Assembly: GCA_021613535.1 (NCBI GenBank)
Contig: CP075497.1
Span: forward strand, 5,704,001-5,768,000
Direction: 5' to 3'
Length of the DNA stretch: 64,000 bases
Source: Adineta vaga
Taxonomy: Eukaryota > Animalia > Rotifera
Shown here: piece after piece, positions 43,970-55,719 of the stretch
Layout of the letters: each line of letters starts with the position of its first letter
Position numbering within the stretch: position 1 is the first letter of the stretch
Notes under the pieces: model-generated
Told to the model about the DNA's origin: nothing
The model's input: only the letters and a program-made list of their open reading frames with translations
Databases searched by the model: none
Program-made: the position numbers and the translations under genes

Positions 43970-45933
43970 ATGCAAATTCAAATTTTGAATCGTATAACAG
44001 TATCATCGAATGTTACGTCAACCAGTCATTATCATCAAAATCGAGCACCACTTCAACCAGTTCCATTTCAAAAACTCCCGCCTGGTTCAGTAAAACCTGA
44101 TGGTTGGTTACTTGGTCAATTAAGATTACAAATCAATGGTTTGAATGGAAAACTTTCAGAAATATCAGATTATCTTGTGTATGATCAATGTGGCTGGATC
44201 GATCCAACGAAAACAGCTTGGGAAGAATTACCATATTGGTTACGAGGTTTTGCTGATCTTGGTTTTGTTACTGGTGATCCAGATACATTAGCATTAGCTC
44301 ATCGTTGGATTGATGGAATTTTAAGTAGTCAACAATCAGATGGTTGGTTTGGTCCAAATAATTTACGTACATCATTAGATGGTGTTCCCGATTTCTGGCC
44401 AGCAATGCCATTATTGAATGCATTTTGTTCATTTTATGACTGTATGAATGATGAACGCGTAATCCCATTTCTTTTAAAATATTTTCAATTTATTAATCAA
44501 CAACCAGTTAGTGTATATATGCGTGGTTGGGGTGCTGTTCGATGGGCTGATAATATTGATACAATTATTTGGTTATACAATCGAACAACTGATACAGATT
44601 GGTTACTTGATTTAATTAGAAAAATTCATATGAATTCAGCAGATTGGATCACTGGTTTACCAACATGGCATAATGTAAATATTGCACAAGGATTTCGTGA
44701 ACCAGCTCTCTATTCACTTGTTGCTAATCCACCTGATCCTCGTTTTCTTCAAGCAACCTATAATGATTTCCAAATGGTATTTAATCAATATGGACAATTT
44801 CCTGGAGGTGGTTTTGCTGGAGATGAAAACTGTCGTACAGGATATGGTGATCCTCGACAAGGTCTCGAAACATGTGGTATTGTTGAATTAATGCATAGTT
44901 TTGAAATTTTGACAAGAATAACGGGTGATTGTACATGGGTTGATCATTGTGAAACATTAGCATTTAATTTATTACCAGCAGCATTCGATCCATTTGTTGC
45001 ACGTGGTACACATTATATAACATGTGCTAATTGTATTCAACTTGATGATCAAGCAAAAAGTCAGCAACAATTTCAAAATAATTGGGCAATGCTTTCCTAT
45101 AAATCTGGAGTTCATCAATATCGTTGTTGTACACATAATTATGGAATGGGATGGCCATATTATGCGGAAGAAGCATGGTTAGCAACTTACGATGGTGGCT
45201 TATGTGCATCACTCTATGTATCGAGTCAAGTAACAGCATTAGTTGGTCCTAATACTGGTACACAGTAACTATTATCGAAGAAACAGATTATCCATTTGAT
45301 GGTAATGTTCAATTTCGTTTTCAATTATCAACATCAACGCAATTTAAACTTTATTTACGCGTACCACGTTGGTGTAAGAAGGCGCCGACAATTTCTTTAA
45401 ATGGAAATATTGTATTCAATGAACCAACTCCAACGGATGGTTCATATGTTATTCTTGATCGCCTTTGGGAGAATGATGATGTCTTAAAATTTACAGTACC
45501 ATTAGAATTAAGTTCGAAAAAATGGACATCAAATCACAATGCTGCTTCAATTAATTATGGTCCCTTGACATTTTCATTAGCCATTGACGAACAATACAAT
45601 CGAATTGGTGGAACAGATGATTGGCCAGAATATGAAGTGATAGCACAATCAAATTGGAATTATGGATTAATTATGTCAAGTGCAAATGAATGGTTAGTGA
45701 AACGACGAAAAAAGAAAACAAATTCTGATAATATTTTTACAAGAGATGCTATTCCATTAAATATTGAAGCTCGTGGTCGTCGTATTCCTGAATGGAAAGT
45801 AGATAGTGAAAATGTTGTTGGATTATTGCCACAATCACCTGTTCAAAGTCAACAATCTGATGAAGCTTTGTTACTAATACCAATGGGTGCTGCACGCCTT
45901 CGCATTACTGCATTTCCGACTATTGCTCAATGA
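43970..45933 (+). CDS. Beta-L-arabinofuranosidase-like glycoside hydrolase (GH127/GH146), bacterial type; apparent frameshift at ~45264
   Basis: LPPGSVKPDGWL, WEELPYWLRG, HNVNIAQG, ETC (ETCGIVE) and CC (YRCCTHN) Zn/catalytic Cys motifs. Adding one base at 45264 gives VTIIEETDYPF and an open frame to LIPMGAARLRITAFP. No introns in the ~1.96 kb body. Confidence 0.88.
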
Positions 45934-46204
45934 TTTCGATTTATTGTTCCAGTATTGTTTTTGTTCTCAATTAGTCATAATCAACAATGATCAGTATACT
46001 GTGATATATGAGTATCAACATGATTTTATGTAATTTTACTTTTTTTTAAGAGATAAAACAATTTATTTTAGTCAAAGTCCATATAAATCTTATGTTATAT
46101 GTGAAATGAATTCCAAAATAAATATTTTTTTATACATATATAATGAGCGGATATATGTATCATAAATCAATTTTAGATTTTGTTGTATTTTCGAAAGAAA
46201 AATA

Positions 46205-47220
46205 ATGGCTTCACATCTTTGTCGAACACGAGCTATACTTCAGATACCTCGATGTATACCAACATTGTTGACTCGTACACAATCAAGTCAAACGGCGCCA
46301 ACAGCTGGCAAAGTACCGTTACTGTCATCAGTTGCATAACATTTTCATTAAAATGAAATTTAATTCTAGGGTATTCCACCACCTGGTAATTTTAATTCAG
46401 CTATTCCTCCTCCAACTAATCCAACAGGTCCTACTAAACCGACTTCACCATATAGGTAAGTGAAGTGAAAACTTGTCATTTTCTTAAACAATCAAAATAT
46501 TATTTTTTGACGAAAAGTGGTTCTTCTTCGAATCCATCATTCATGGAAACACCAGTTGGAAAATTCGGTACAGTTGCTGTACTTACTGTTGCTATTTGTA
46601 AGAAATTTAGTTCATTTTCAATTCATTTTTCCTATCATCTCTTTTTAGATGCTGGTTACAAAATGATCAGTGGTGGTAAGGACGATTCCAAAGATAAAAA
46701 GAATAAAAAAGATCAGAAGGATGGAAAAGATAAAGATGCTTCTAAAAATGACGAAAAGCAACAAGAACAAAAGGATTCTAAGGATAAAGATGCTTCCAAA
46801 GAAAAAAACAATCAACAGGGACAAAAAGGTGATGATCAGAAGAGTCAGAAAGATGCTAAAGATAAAGGTGGTGCCAAGGAACAAAACGATGAACAAGGAC
46901 AGAAAGGTGGTGATCAAAAGAATCAGAAAGATGCTAAAGATAAAGGTGGTGCCAAGAAACAAAACGACCAACAAGGACAGAAAGATGATGATCAAAAAGA
47001 ACAGAAAGGTGGTGATCAAAAGGGTCAGAAGGATTCTAAAGGCAGTGATAATCAATCAGGTAAAAAGGAAGGCCAGAAAGAATCCAAAGGTAATGATGAT
47101 CAACAAGGAGAAAAAGATGACCAAAAAGGTCAGAAAGATGCGAAGAACGATGAAAAAAACAAAAAAGGTGGCGCTGATAAACAAGGAGAAAATGCAAAAG
47201 ATAACAAAGGCAAAAAATAA
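46205..47220 (+). CDS. Predicted mitochondria-targeted single-TM protein with a K/D/Q/G-rich repetitive hydrophilic tail
   Basis: Four exons: MASHLCRTRAILQIPRCIPTLLTRTQSS (Arg-rich, acid-free presequence), a Pro-rich linker, TM FGTVAVLTVAIYAGY, then ~185 aa almost entirely K, D, Q, G, N, E, S, A. Confidence 0.75.
46767..47060 (+). repeat. Imperfect coding tandem repeat, ~78-nt (26-aa) unit
   Basis: TCAGAAAGATGCTAAAGATAAAGGTGGTGCCAAG recurs at 46845 and 46923. Unit is QKDAKDKGGAKEQNDEQGQKGGDQKN, with degenerate flanking copies. Confidence 0.75.
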
Positions 47221-47885
47221 TTTTTCAAGTTTTTCGAAATCATTTATTCCAGCATATACATTTGATGTTTTTTTTGTTCTCAATGTTTCTAATTCTTCTT
47301 ACATCTATTACTTATATTTATTCCAGCAATATTTATACGATTGTTTTTATTTTCAATGATCTGTTATAGATTAGCATTGCTAATATGTGTTTTTTTATAT
47401 TCTCCTAACTTTTAGCATTATGTTTTTCTTAAACAAATATAATTTCTAGACGTTGTTATGTATACTCAACATTTATTCTCTCTCAGAAATAGATATTTTA
47501 TAAATATCTTGAAGATACATTCATTTATACTATTTTTCTTTCCAGCAAGTGTAATAACAAACCAATAGAACACAATCTATCTCTTGCTCTTTGTCAGTAT
47601 CACATCAGCTAGTAGGTTGAATAGTGTTATTTTGGTACATGTATATGTAGGCGTCTAGGAAAGGAACAGAAGAAGAAGAAGAAGAAAATATGCAACTGTT
47701 CTGTTCGCCTCTTTTCTTCTAGAATATATTTCCTTTTTCCTTACATATCTATACATATACCAAACTCAACAAACTCTATATGTATATTCTGTCATTTTCT
47801 CTTTTTTTCTGCAAGAAAATCATCTCTTCTACAAACAGACGCTCATACTTACTCTCGTGTGCTTTGTTCTATCGTAAACTAAGTA

Positions 47886-48620
47886 ATGGCATCAAAAGGT
47901 CAAGTCACTCTTGGTTATTGGGATATTCGAGGTTTCGCTGAACCATCACGTTTATTACTGCACTATACAAAAACACCATTTACCAATAAATTATATCATT
48001 TTGGTGATGCACCGGATTATAAACGTGAAGAATGGTTAAAAGAAAAGAATTCATTAGGTTTAGATTTTCCAAATTTACCCTATTTAATCGATGGTGATTT
48101 AAAAATATCTCAAGCACGAACAATTTTAACACATCTTGGTCGTAAATTTAAGCTAATGGGTAACAATGAAAATGAAACATCTTTGATTGAATTATTAATT
48201 GATCAATCGAATGATTTACGACAAGAATTGAATAATGTTTGTTATCGTGCAATTAATTTCGAAGCTGTAAGCAAGAAATTTTGTGATGAAACTTTACCAA
48301 TACATTTGAAATTATTCGAAGATTTTCTTAAACGTCACGGTAAAAAATGGTTAGTCAGTGATAACTTAAGCGCAGCTGATTTTCAAGTCTTTGAATATCT
48401 TGATCATTGTTGGCTTTTATCAAATGATAATTGGGCTGCATATCCAAAAATTCTCGCTTATATGAAAGCATTTCGAGAATTACCAGAACTTAAAAAATAT
48501 CTCGAAAGTGAACATGCTAAACGTCCTATCAATGGTAAAATGGCTAAATTTGGTGGTACTGTTGTTCAACATGAAGAAGCTGCAAATACTGCTGAAGATG
48601 CAAAACCAGAAGCAACTTAA
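47886..48620 (+). CDS. Glutathione S-transferase, mu class (intronless)
   Basis: LGYWDIRG, mu-loop GDAPDYKREEWL, LGLDFPNLPYLIDG, PINGKMAKFG. Confidence 0.95.
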   Translation: MASKGQVTLGYWDIRGFAEPSRLLLHYTKTPFTNKLYHFGDAPDYKREEWLKEKNSLGLDFPNLPYLIDGDLKISQARTILTHLGRKFKLMGNNENETSLIELLIDQSNDLRQELNNVCYRAINFEAVSKKFCDETLPIHLKLFEDFLKRHGKKWLVSDNLSAADFQVFEYLDHCWLLSNDNWAAYPKILAYMKAFRELPELKKYLESEHAKRPINGKMAKFGGTVVQHEEAANTAEDAKPEAT

Positions 48621-49097
48621 ACTTTGTTATTAATATGTTCTTTCTTTGTCTCTCTCTCTGTATTTAACTGCATGTTTTATTAATCAATTGATTTTGTCCT
48701 CTTCAGGATTGAACAAAAAGTTCGAATTAGTCGCTCTTTTTTTGTTTTTATCATGCTTTTTATGTTATTTTATACTCGCTCAAATGAAATATATGCTGTT
48801 TAATTTATTCATCACTGAGTGCATCTGTTTTCATTGGTATCAACTGGCGATAACATTCGAAATATATGAAAAACAATACGACACTTATAAACACGATGTT
48901 TGAAAGAGAGAGAAAAAAACAAATCTAAAATCAACATCGTACGCGTTATAGAGAAAGAAAGTGCGTTTTATTTCTTGATATAAATAAAAGCCACACAGCG
49001 AACACACCTATTCTTTTTTGTCGAAGCAAGAGAATGTGATACAGTCTATAGTACATTTTGTTTTACTTTAGATTGTTGTTGAAGGAAACTTATTGAT

Positions 49098-49922
49098 ATG
49101 TCTGCATCAAATACGGATAAAAATCAACTTGTTATTGGCTATTGGGCTATTCGAGGATTAGTTGAACCTATTCGTTTAGCTTTACATTATGCAAAAACGC
49201 CTTTTACTGATAAGTTCTATGAGCAAGGTGAAGGTCCAGAATATAGTCGAGAACAATGGCTTAATGAAAAACAAAAACTTGGTCTTGGTAAAACATATTT
49301 TTAAATTATCTATAGTTAATTATATTAGTTTTGGTATTTTAGACTTTCCTAATTTACCATACATGTTGGAAGGTGATTTAAAGCTTACACAATCAAAAGC
49401 TATTTTATATTATCTTGGACGAAAATTGAATTTAATGGGCAAAACACCAGCTGAAGAAGCCAATGTGATGATGTTATGCGAGGAAGCTCATGATTTCCGA
49501 GGGGTCATGTCTCGATTATGTTATAGTCCATCAGGTGATTCAAAAGATGAACGTAAACAATTTGTTGGAAGCACTTTGTCTGAAGAATTAAAAAAATTCG
49601 AAGATTATTTTGGTAAACATAATACCAAATTTGCAGTTGGTGATCAACCAACAGTGGCTGATTTTCAATTATATGAATATATTGATGCTGGTTTAACAAT
49701 GGATGAAGAACATACTTTAGTTGATAAATTTCCTAATGTTAAACGATTTATGAAAACAGTTCGTGAATTACCGGGTGTTGCAGAATATATTGCTAAAGCA
49801 CATAACGAGATACCATTGAACAATAAAGGTAGATAATTTATGATAATTGTTTTAGTAATAATGTTTTATCTCCTCATGTTTCAGTGGCAAAATTCGGTGG
49901 AAAAGTCGTTAAACAAAATTAA
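49098..49922 (+). CDS. Glutathione S-transferase, mu class (tandem paralog, 2 introns)
   Basis: IGYWAIRGL, GEGPEYSREQWL, LGLDFPNLPY, LTQSKAIL. Introns 49288-49342 and 49829-49884. Confidence 0.93.
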
Positions 49923-50508
49923 CACCTCACAACAACGTAGTCTATTCATGATTATAAGCAGTTTTTCAAACGATAAATAAATGATCATGACTAATATATC
50001 CTCATTAGATTGTTTCTTCATTTTGTCAGAGATGTTTCGTATTCTTATCGTCTGTTTCTGTTTTCACACATATCATTCTCTATTGTAAAATAACATAATT
50101 CATCATCAATTTCGATCACGAAATAAGAAGAATAAAAGACTTTTATTTCTCAACTCTTGATGATAAACATTGATCAAATGCAGGTAATCGTGCAAGATAA
50201 TCATTTGTTCGACTGGTCACAAGAGAGCAATAAAATTGAAAGAATCCATCGAGTCCACAATTAGAACTCGTATTCTTTTCAAAATGACTCTTTGGAAATT
50301 CAATATCACTATAAAAATATCGTGGATAACTTATAGATGACATATAGTTTTGTATCGAAAATGAAAAAAGTTATTTTCAGTGAATTGTGGCGCCATCGTA
50401 TGCAGTGATAGACACATAAGTTGTTCAATTTATTTCTCATTGGATATTGATAGAAACAAAGATAAATCTGCAAGAACAAGAGTTGAGTTGAGTAAAACGA
50501 TTTTGACG

Positions 50509-51253
50509 ATGTCTCGTAATAAAGAAAAACAAAAAAATGAACTAAATCGATTGTATTTATCTAAATCAAATCCACGTAAGTTTCTGTAACACGATCAAAA
50601 CTTTCCTTTTATCTATTTTCTGTAGAAAAACCAAAACGACCACATCTCGTAAGTTTATTTCGATTGAGAAAAAACAAGAATCTTCTAACAAAAATTTCGA
50701 AATTTAGTCACAAATTCATACGGTAGATGAACTTCGTCGATGGTTATCTGTTATCGAACAAGAAATTCATACAACATTAGCAGTATGTTCAATAGAACAC
50801 GTATGAAAATTATATTTTTTCATTTCATCGTTTAGCAAACTACATCTGTACGTTATACTGATGAAAAAGTCGATTCAATGTACAAACATATTTCTGAATT
50901 AGAAACTGAACATAAGAATTTCCGTCGGAAAATTGCACATTTAGAATTAGGACCAGATGTTAACATTCTAACCAAGACAATTCCAGTTACAAAACAAATT
51001 GATTTTTACACCAAAAAATCAACTGATAGTATGTCTCTTCTTCTTGAAATAAGCACATGTCTTTTTTCTTCTAAAATCGTATATTTTAGAAATGGAAACT
51101 TTGGATGAGTTTTTTAATAAAAAACCTGATCTACCTCTTCTATCTATGGATGACTATGGACCAGTCGTATCACTACAGATAAATTCAACAGTACTGAATA
51201 ATACTGAATTGTCTTTTAACAAATCTCTTGTTGATTATTCTGATTCGGATTGA
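50509..51253 (+). CDS. Divergent ISY1-like protein
   Basis: Five exons give MSRNKEKQKNELNRLYL...KRPHLSQIHTVDELRRWLSVIEQEIHTTLAQ...ISELETEHKNFRRKIAHLELGP...LVDYSDSD*, paralleling the ISY1 N-terminal helices (MARNAEK...RRPFL...KW...EI...EINKL..EK..W..RI.ELGGP). Confidence 0.65.
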
Positions 51254-51278
51254 TTTGATGTTTATTTTCTTCTTTCAG

Positions 51279-52302
51279 ATGAGTTTAAGTATACGTAAAA
51301 AACGGAAGAAAGAATTACGAGAAGAATATATCGAACAAGATGCACAAATCTTTCGTTTACCTTCTGAAACACTTCTCCATCTATTCAAATATTTTTCTAC
51401 CGAAGAACTCATTCTTGCTGCTGGGTAAGTTCTTCTTCTATCGAGTATCAATATTTTCATTTCATTTTTGTAGTACTTGTCAACTATTTCATCGTATTGC
51501 TTACGATGATACGTTATGGAAAGTAATTGATTTAACGAAAAAAACATATTCAAATCGTGTATTAGTCAAATTCTTTCGTCGTTTTCCTCGTACATGCACA
51601 ACAATATTGAAAATATCCGGTGCACCAGCTGGAAAGAAAACAAAAAATAATCTTATTAAACTATCACCATATACTGAACAATTAAGTTATTTTGTTCGAA
51701 CATCGTATCCAAATCTTCGTCATTTATACATATCAAAATATGATTTTCGTGATGATTCAACGGCATGTAAAAACATAACTTATCTGCCAACAAATCTACA
51801 AAGTCTTTATCTAACAAAATGTGAAATGTTAATGACAAGTATTCAAGGAACATCAGATTTTCTCAAAATTCCTTCATGTTCATTGAAAAATGCGACACCA
51901 AATTTTTCTCTTGAACAATTAGAAATTCTTTCATTTGAACAATCATCTTGTCTTGGACTTGTTTCTGTTCGTTACCTACCAGATCTCTGTTCAAATTTAG
52001 TTGAATTGAATTTAAATGGTTGCTTTCGTATAACACGTACACGAACATTTACAGATACATTACTTTCATTTCATAAAACACTTCGGCGACTTTATTTGAA
52101 AGAAACACAAGTCGATGACGATACAATTCATTGTCTATGTCGAAAATTGAAATTATTAAACATTCTCGATATTAGATTATGTAAACATGTGACAAGAAAT
52201 ATTGTTGAAAATTTATTAACATTAAAACAATTGGAACACCTATTAGCAGATGATTTTATTCAAATAGATTATAATCAAAGAAAATTAGAGGAAATTGTGT
52301 AA
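51279..52302 (+). CDS. F-box/LRR protein, FBXL12-like
   Basis: F-box IFRLPSETLLHLFKYF...TCQLFHRIAYDDTLWKVIDL; PNLRHL...ITYLPTNLQSLYLTKCEM resembles FBXL12; further LRRs; one short intron starting at ~51425. Confidence 0.85.
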
Positions 52303-52491
52303 TATTTCATGTAAATATTTCATATATACATATAATAAATAAATTTATTCCATGGATCCGATTGTCTAAAAGACAATAAAGTGTCAATTGATTTTCGGAA
52401 AACAAAAGTTTATTAATAATTATTTATTTTATAAAAATAATATGAATAAAAGAATCAATGATTTATAATATATTAATATCACAAACGATAA

Positions 52492-53769
52492 TTATTTCAT
52501 AGTAGAGAAATGAAAATAAGACATAGATAATCACTGATTGATTTGTTCTAGAATAATAAAGTATATGATTTGAAATGTAATTTTTTTTCTTCTTCCCTTA
52601 CCTCAAGTTTCTAACAGCTATATTTAGTTGAAGAGCCGATTGCGATTCTGTGTTTATGTCGTTAGATGGATCTACAAATATGTTTCAATACGTATTTTGA
52701 TTTATATCTATGAAAATAGAAAAAAGAAGGTATTTTTCGTACCTTTATAATCAGTTAAAATTTCTTCTAGATAAATTTCATATACTTTCACATATTTAGG
52801 ATGAGATCTTTGTTCGATAACTTTTAGTTTAGTAGCTGGTAATAAAATTGATTCAGATTCAAAAGGAACTAAGGAAAATTCTTGCACACTTCTTGCTGAA
52901 TGCGATTTGATTGTATAAAGTGTACCATAATATATATTATAAGGATCTTTTCCAAAAAAGTTCATGCATACTGTAATATCCGATGAGAGTGATGTAATTG
53001 CCCACTGTCAACAAGGAAACAGAAACAAGATAAGTCTTACACACTCACAAGAACAAGCCATTTATTTTTATGATGATTGTTAGTTGCAGTCGATAAAAAA
53101 ACTAACTTTTTATGGTTGATTTTTATAGCCGTTTTACGTACCCAAGTAATGATATCACCAATTTTGTAATCTCCATATCTAGATATAGTTTCACCACGAC
53201 AGTAACTCCCTGCTATTGGCTTGAGTTTGATAAGTGCAGTATGAAACAGTTTTAAATAAGCAAACCAAGGTTCTATATTAATATATGTCTCTGTACGAAG
53301 TGCTTGATTCACAGTAAAGTAGATCTGACATGAAGCTGTGTATACTTTTATTGCAGCGACTTCTTCTCGTGTTAATTCGAGTGTTGGCTGTGTAGATTGA
53401 TAAATAGAACTAGCGCATGTCTGCATATTCATATTGGATTGTGATACACGAACAAGGGCTTCCATTAAAGTAATCAATGGAGCTTTCATATATGCTGATC
53501 GAAGATTTTCACTAGTTAATATTTGTCCATTCAACTATTACAAATATTGAGCCCAATTATCAGTCATAACATATGGAGAAATATCGAATATCTATTCGAT
53601 CTCATTACAGTCGATACTATACTGATTAATTTATAGAGATTTCTCATCGAATCTATGTTTGTACTCATCATATCATTGAAATCAATATCAGAGGAATTTT
53701 CAAGAAGCAAAAAATTATGGATACCTCTGAAAAACACCATCCAATGTAGAGTAATAATGTGAGAAACAT
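52492..53769 (-). CDS. Secreted NAD:arginine ADP-ribosyltransferase (ARTC, R-S-E type)
   Basis: Exon 53769-53725 (MFLTLLLYIGWCFSE) splices in phase 0 to LNGQ..., forming a signal peptide. AAIKVYT, IYFTVNQALR, PWFAYLKLF, YCRG (R), WWAITSLS (S), ESESILLP (ExE). The last two exons are tentative. Confidence 0.8.
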
Positions 53770-54595
53770 TGCACGATCGTCTTTTAAATTATACGATATA
53801 AGCAGAACATAAAACTATTTATTGATTTAATCGATGATATAATATATACAACTAGAAAATATATAATGTAACTATGATATTAGTAAATATGATTCGCGCT
53901 TAGTATTTAAAGTATTTTGTATAAATTGATTTCAAATTTATGTCTCTTCTAATGCTTGAAAGTTTAAATATGATCAAGATATGTTTTTTACAGTTTAATT
54001 TGAATATTTATTTTATTAGCTAATGTTTACAATGTCTTGATAATAAACATTTGTAGCATATGATAAGATGGTAGTAAAATGCATGGTTGTTATCTTAAAC
54101 TCTCGAGTTAGTTGAAATGTAAAGAGATAACCAACTGATAACAACTTGGGAATCTCAATACTTAACTCAATATCACTTTCGAAAGATTTATTCAGGAGAG
54201 TAAACGATGATCCATGAAAGTTTTTCAACATGGAATAGAATTCCAAGTTTTCATTTGAATTCACATGCAAAATTATGATCAATTTATATGCTTGTATTCA
54301 TATGTGACGTTGATTAGTTAAATACAATGATATCAAATGAGAAGAAGAAGAAGAAGAAGAAGAAAAACAACAACAACAACAACGAGAACAACAACAGCAG
54401 CAATGATAATAATTATAATAAGAGAAAAGAAAAAAAACTGACAGATAACATTTCTTATGAGTCATATTTTTTTAAACTTATATATGCATGCATCTCTATT
54501 TAACAATTTATATATTTGTAATTAATTTTGAAAAAAGAAAAAGAAGAAGAACAAAACGGACATATAATAAATAATGCCAATGATTTTGTAATATA

Positions 54596-54907
<312 letters not shown>

Positions 54908-55095
54908 TTACTTCTATTCCTACGCAAGTAGTGACATCTATACTTGACGGTATAAACGAAGGTTAAGATCAAGCAATAATGGTATGAAAAGATTATTTTT
55001 GTATGTGTAGTGTGGTGGTAGTTAGTTGTTTTACTTTTACCTTTGTTCTCTATTTTTTCATTTCAAGACTTTTGCATATCTCTTTAAGGTCAAAG

Positions 55096-55579
55096 ATGCC
55101 TGTACAAGCGCCCCCATCGGAATGGGAATTAAAACCGGATGAAATAAAATTAATTCAAAAACGTGCACAATTACGTGCCACAACCAAAGCAGAATTTCTT
55201 AAACGTTATCGAAATCCATTCTATCATAGTGTACCTGGTCATTTTGTATGTAAACATTATTTATCTTCTGTATTTCAATTTTTTGTTTTCGCTCGTTGTT
55301 AAGATTGATCCACAAAATGTTCGTCTCTATGCTTACCAACAAAATAGTTTCCGTTATTTATATACATCACCACGTATACTTCTAGCACCTGGACTTTTCC
55401 TTCTCGCTGGTACTTTAATTCAATACATCGTACAAAAAAATCGAGTATGTTTCTAGAAAAGTGTTCATTAATCTATGTAATTTGTTTATTTTTATCTTAT
55501 TTAGATTAAGTATAACGACGATTGTAATGCTGGAAAAATTCCATATGCAAATCGACCGGATTTCAATGCTTACCTTTAA
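55096..55579 (+). CDS. NDUFB4: NADH:ubiquinone oxidoreductase subunit B4 (B15)
   Basis: Three exons: IQKRAQLRATTKAEFLKRYRNP...IDPQNVRLYAY...TM...AGKIPYANR, matching the NDUFB4 pattern (RA.LK.E.L..YN.P....D/NPA..R...; EGK.). Confidence 0.8.
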
Positions 55580-55719
55580 ATGAACAGTTTTTTCTCCCCT
55601 TTCATCTTTTCTTCTTTGTTCGATCTGTGTAGATTTGATATCCATCCTCTTTTTCTCACAAGACAAGAAAAAACTGTTCTAGTTTTTTTCTTTTTTTTTG
55701 TAGATATATTGCAGAAACT

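Noticed and set aside
3080-45270. Programmed ribosomal frameshifting or RNA editing as the cause of the frameshifts
   Set aside because: No shared slippery sequence or context, and both +1 and -1 events occur, as expected for sequencing error.
46645-47359. Long antisense hydrophobic ORFs and an alternative-frame ORF over the repeat gene
   Set aside because: These are by-products of low-complexity repeat codons that lack stops in other frames. They have no independent splice or start support.
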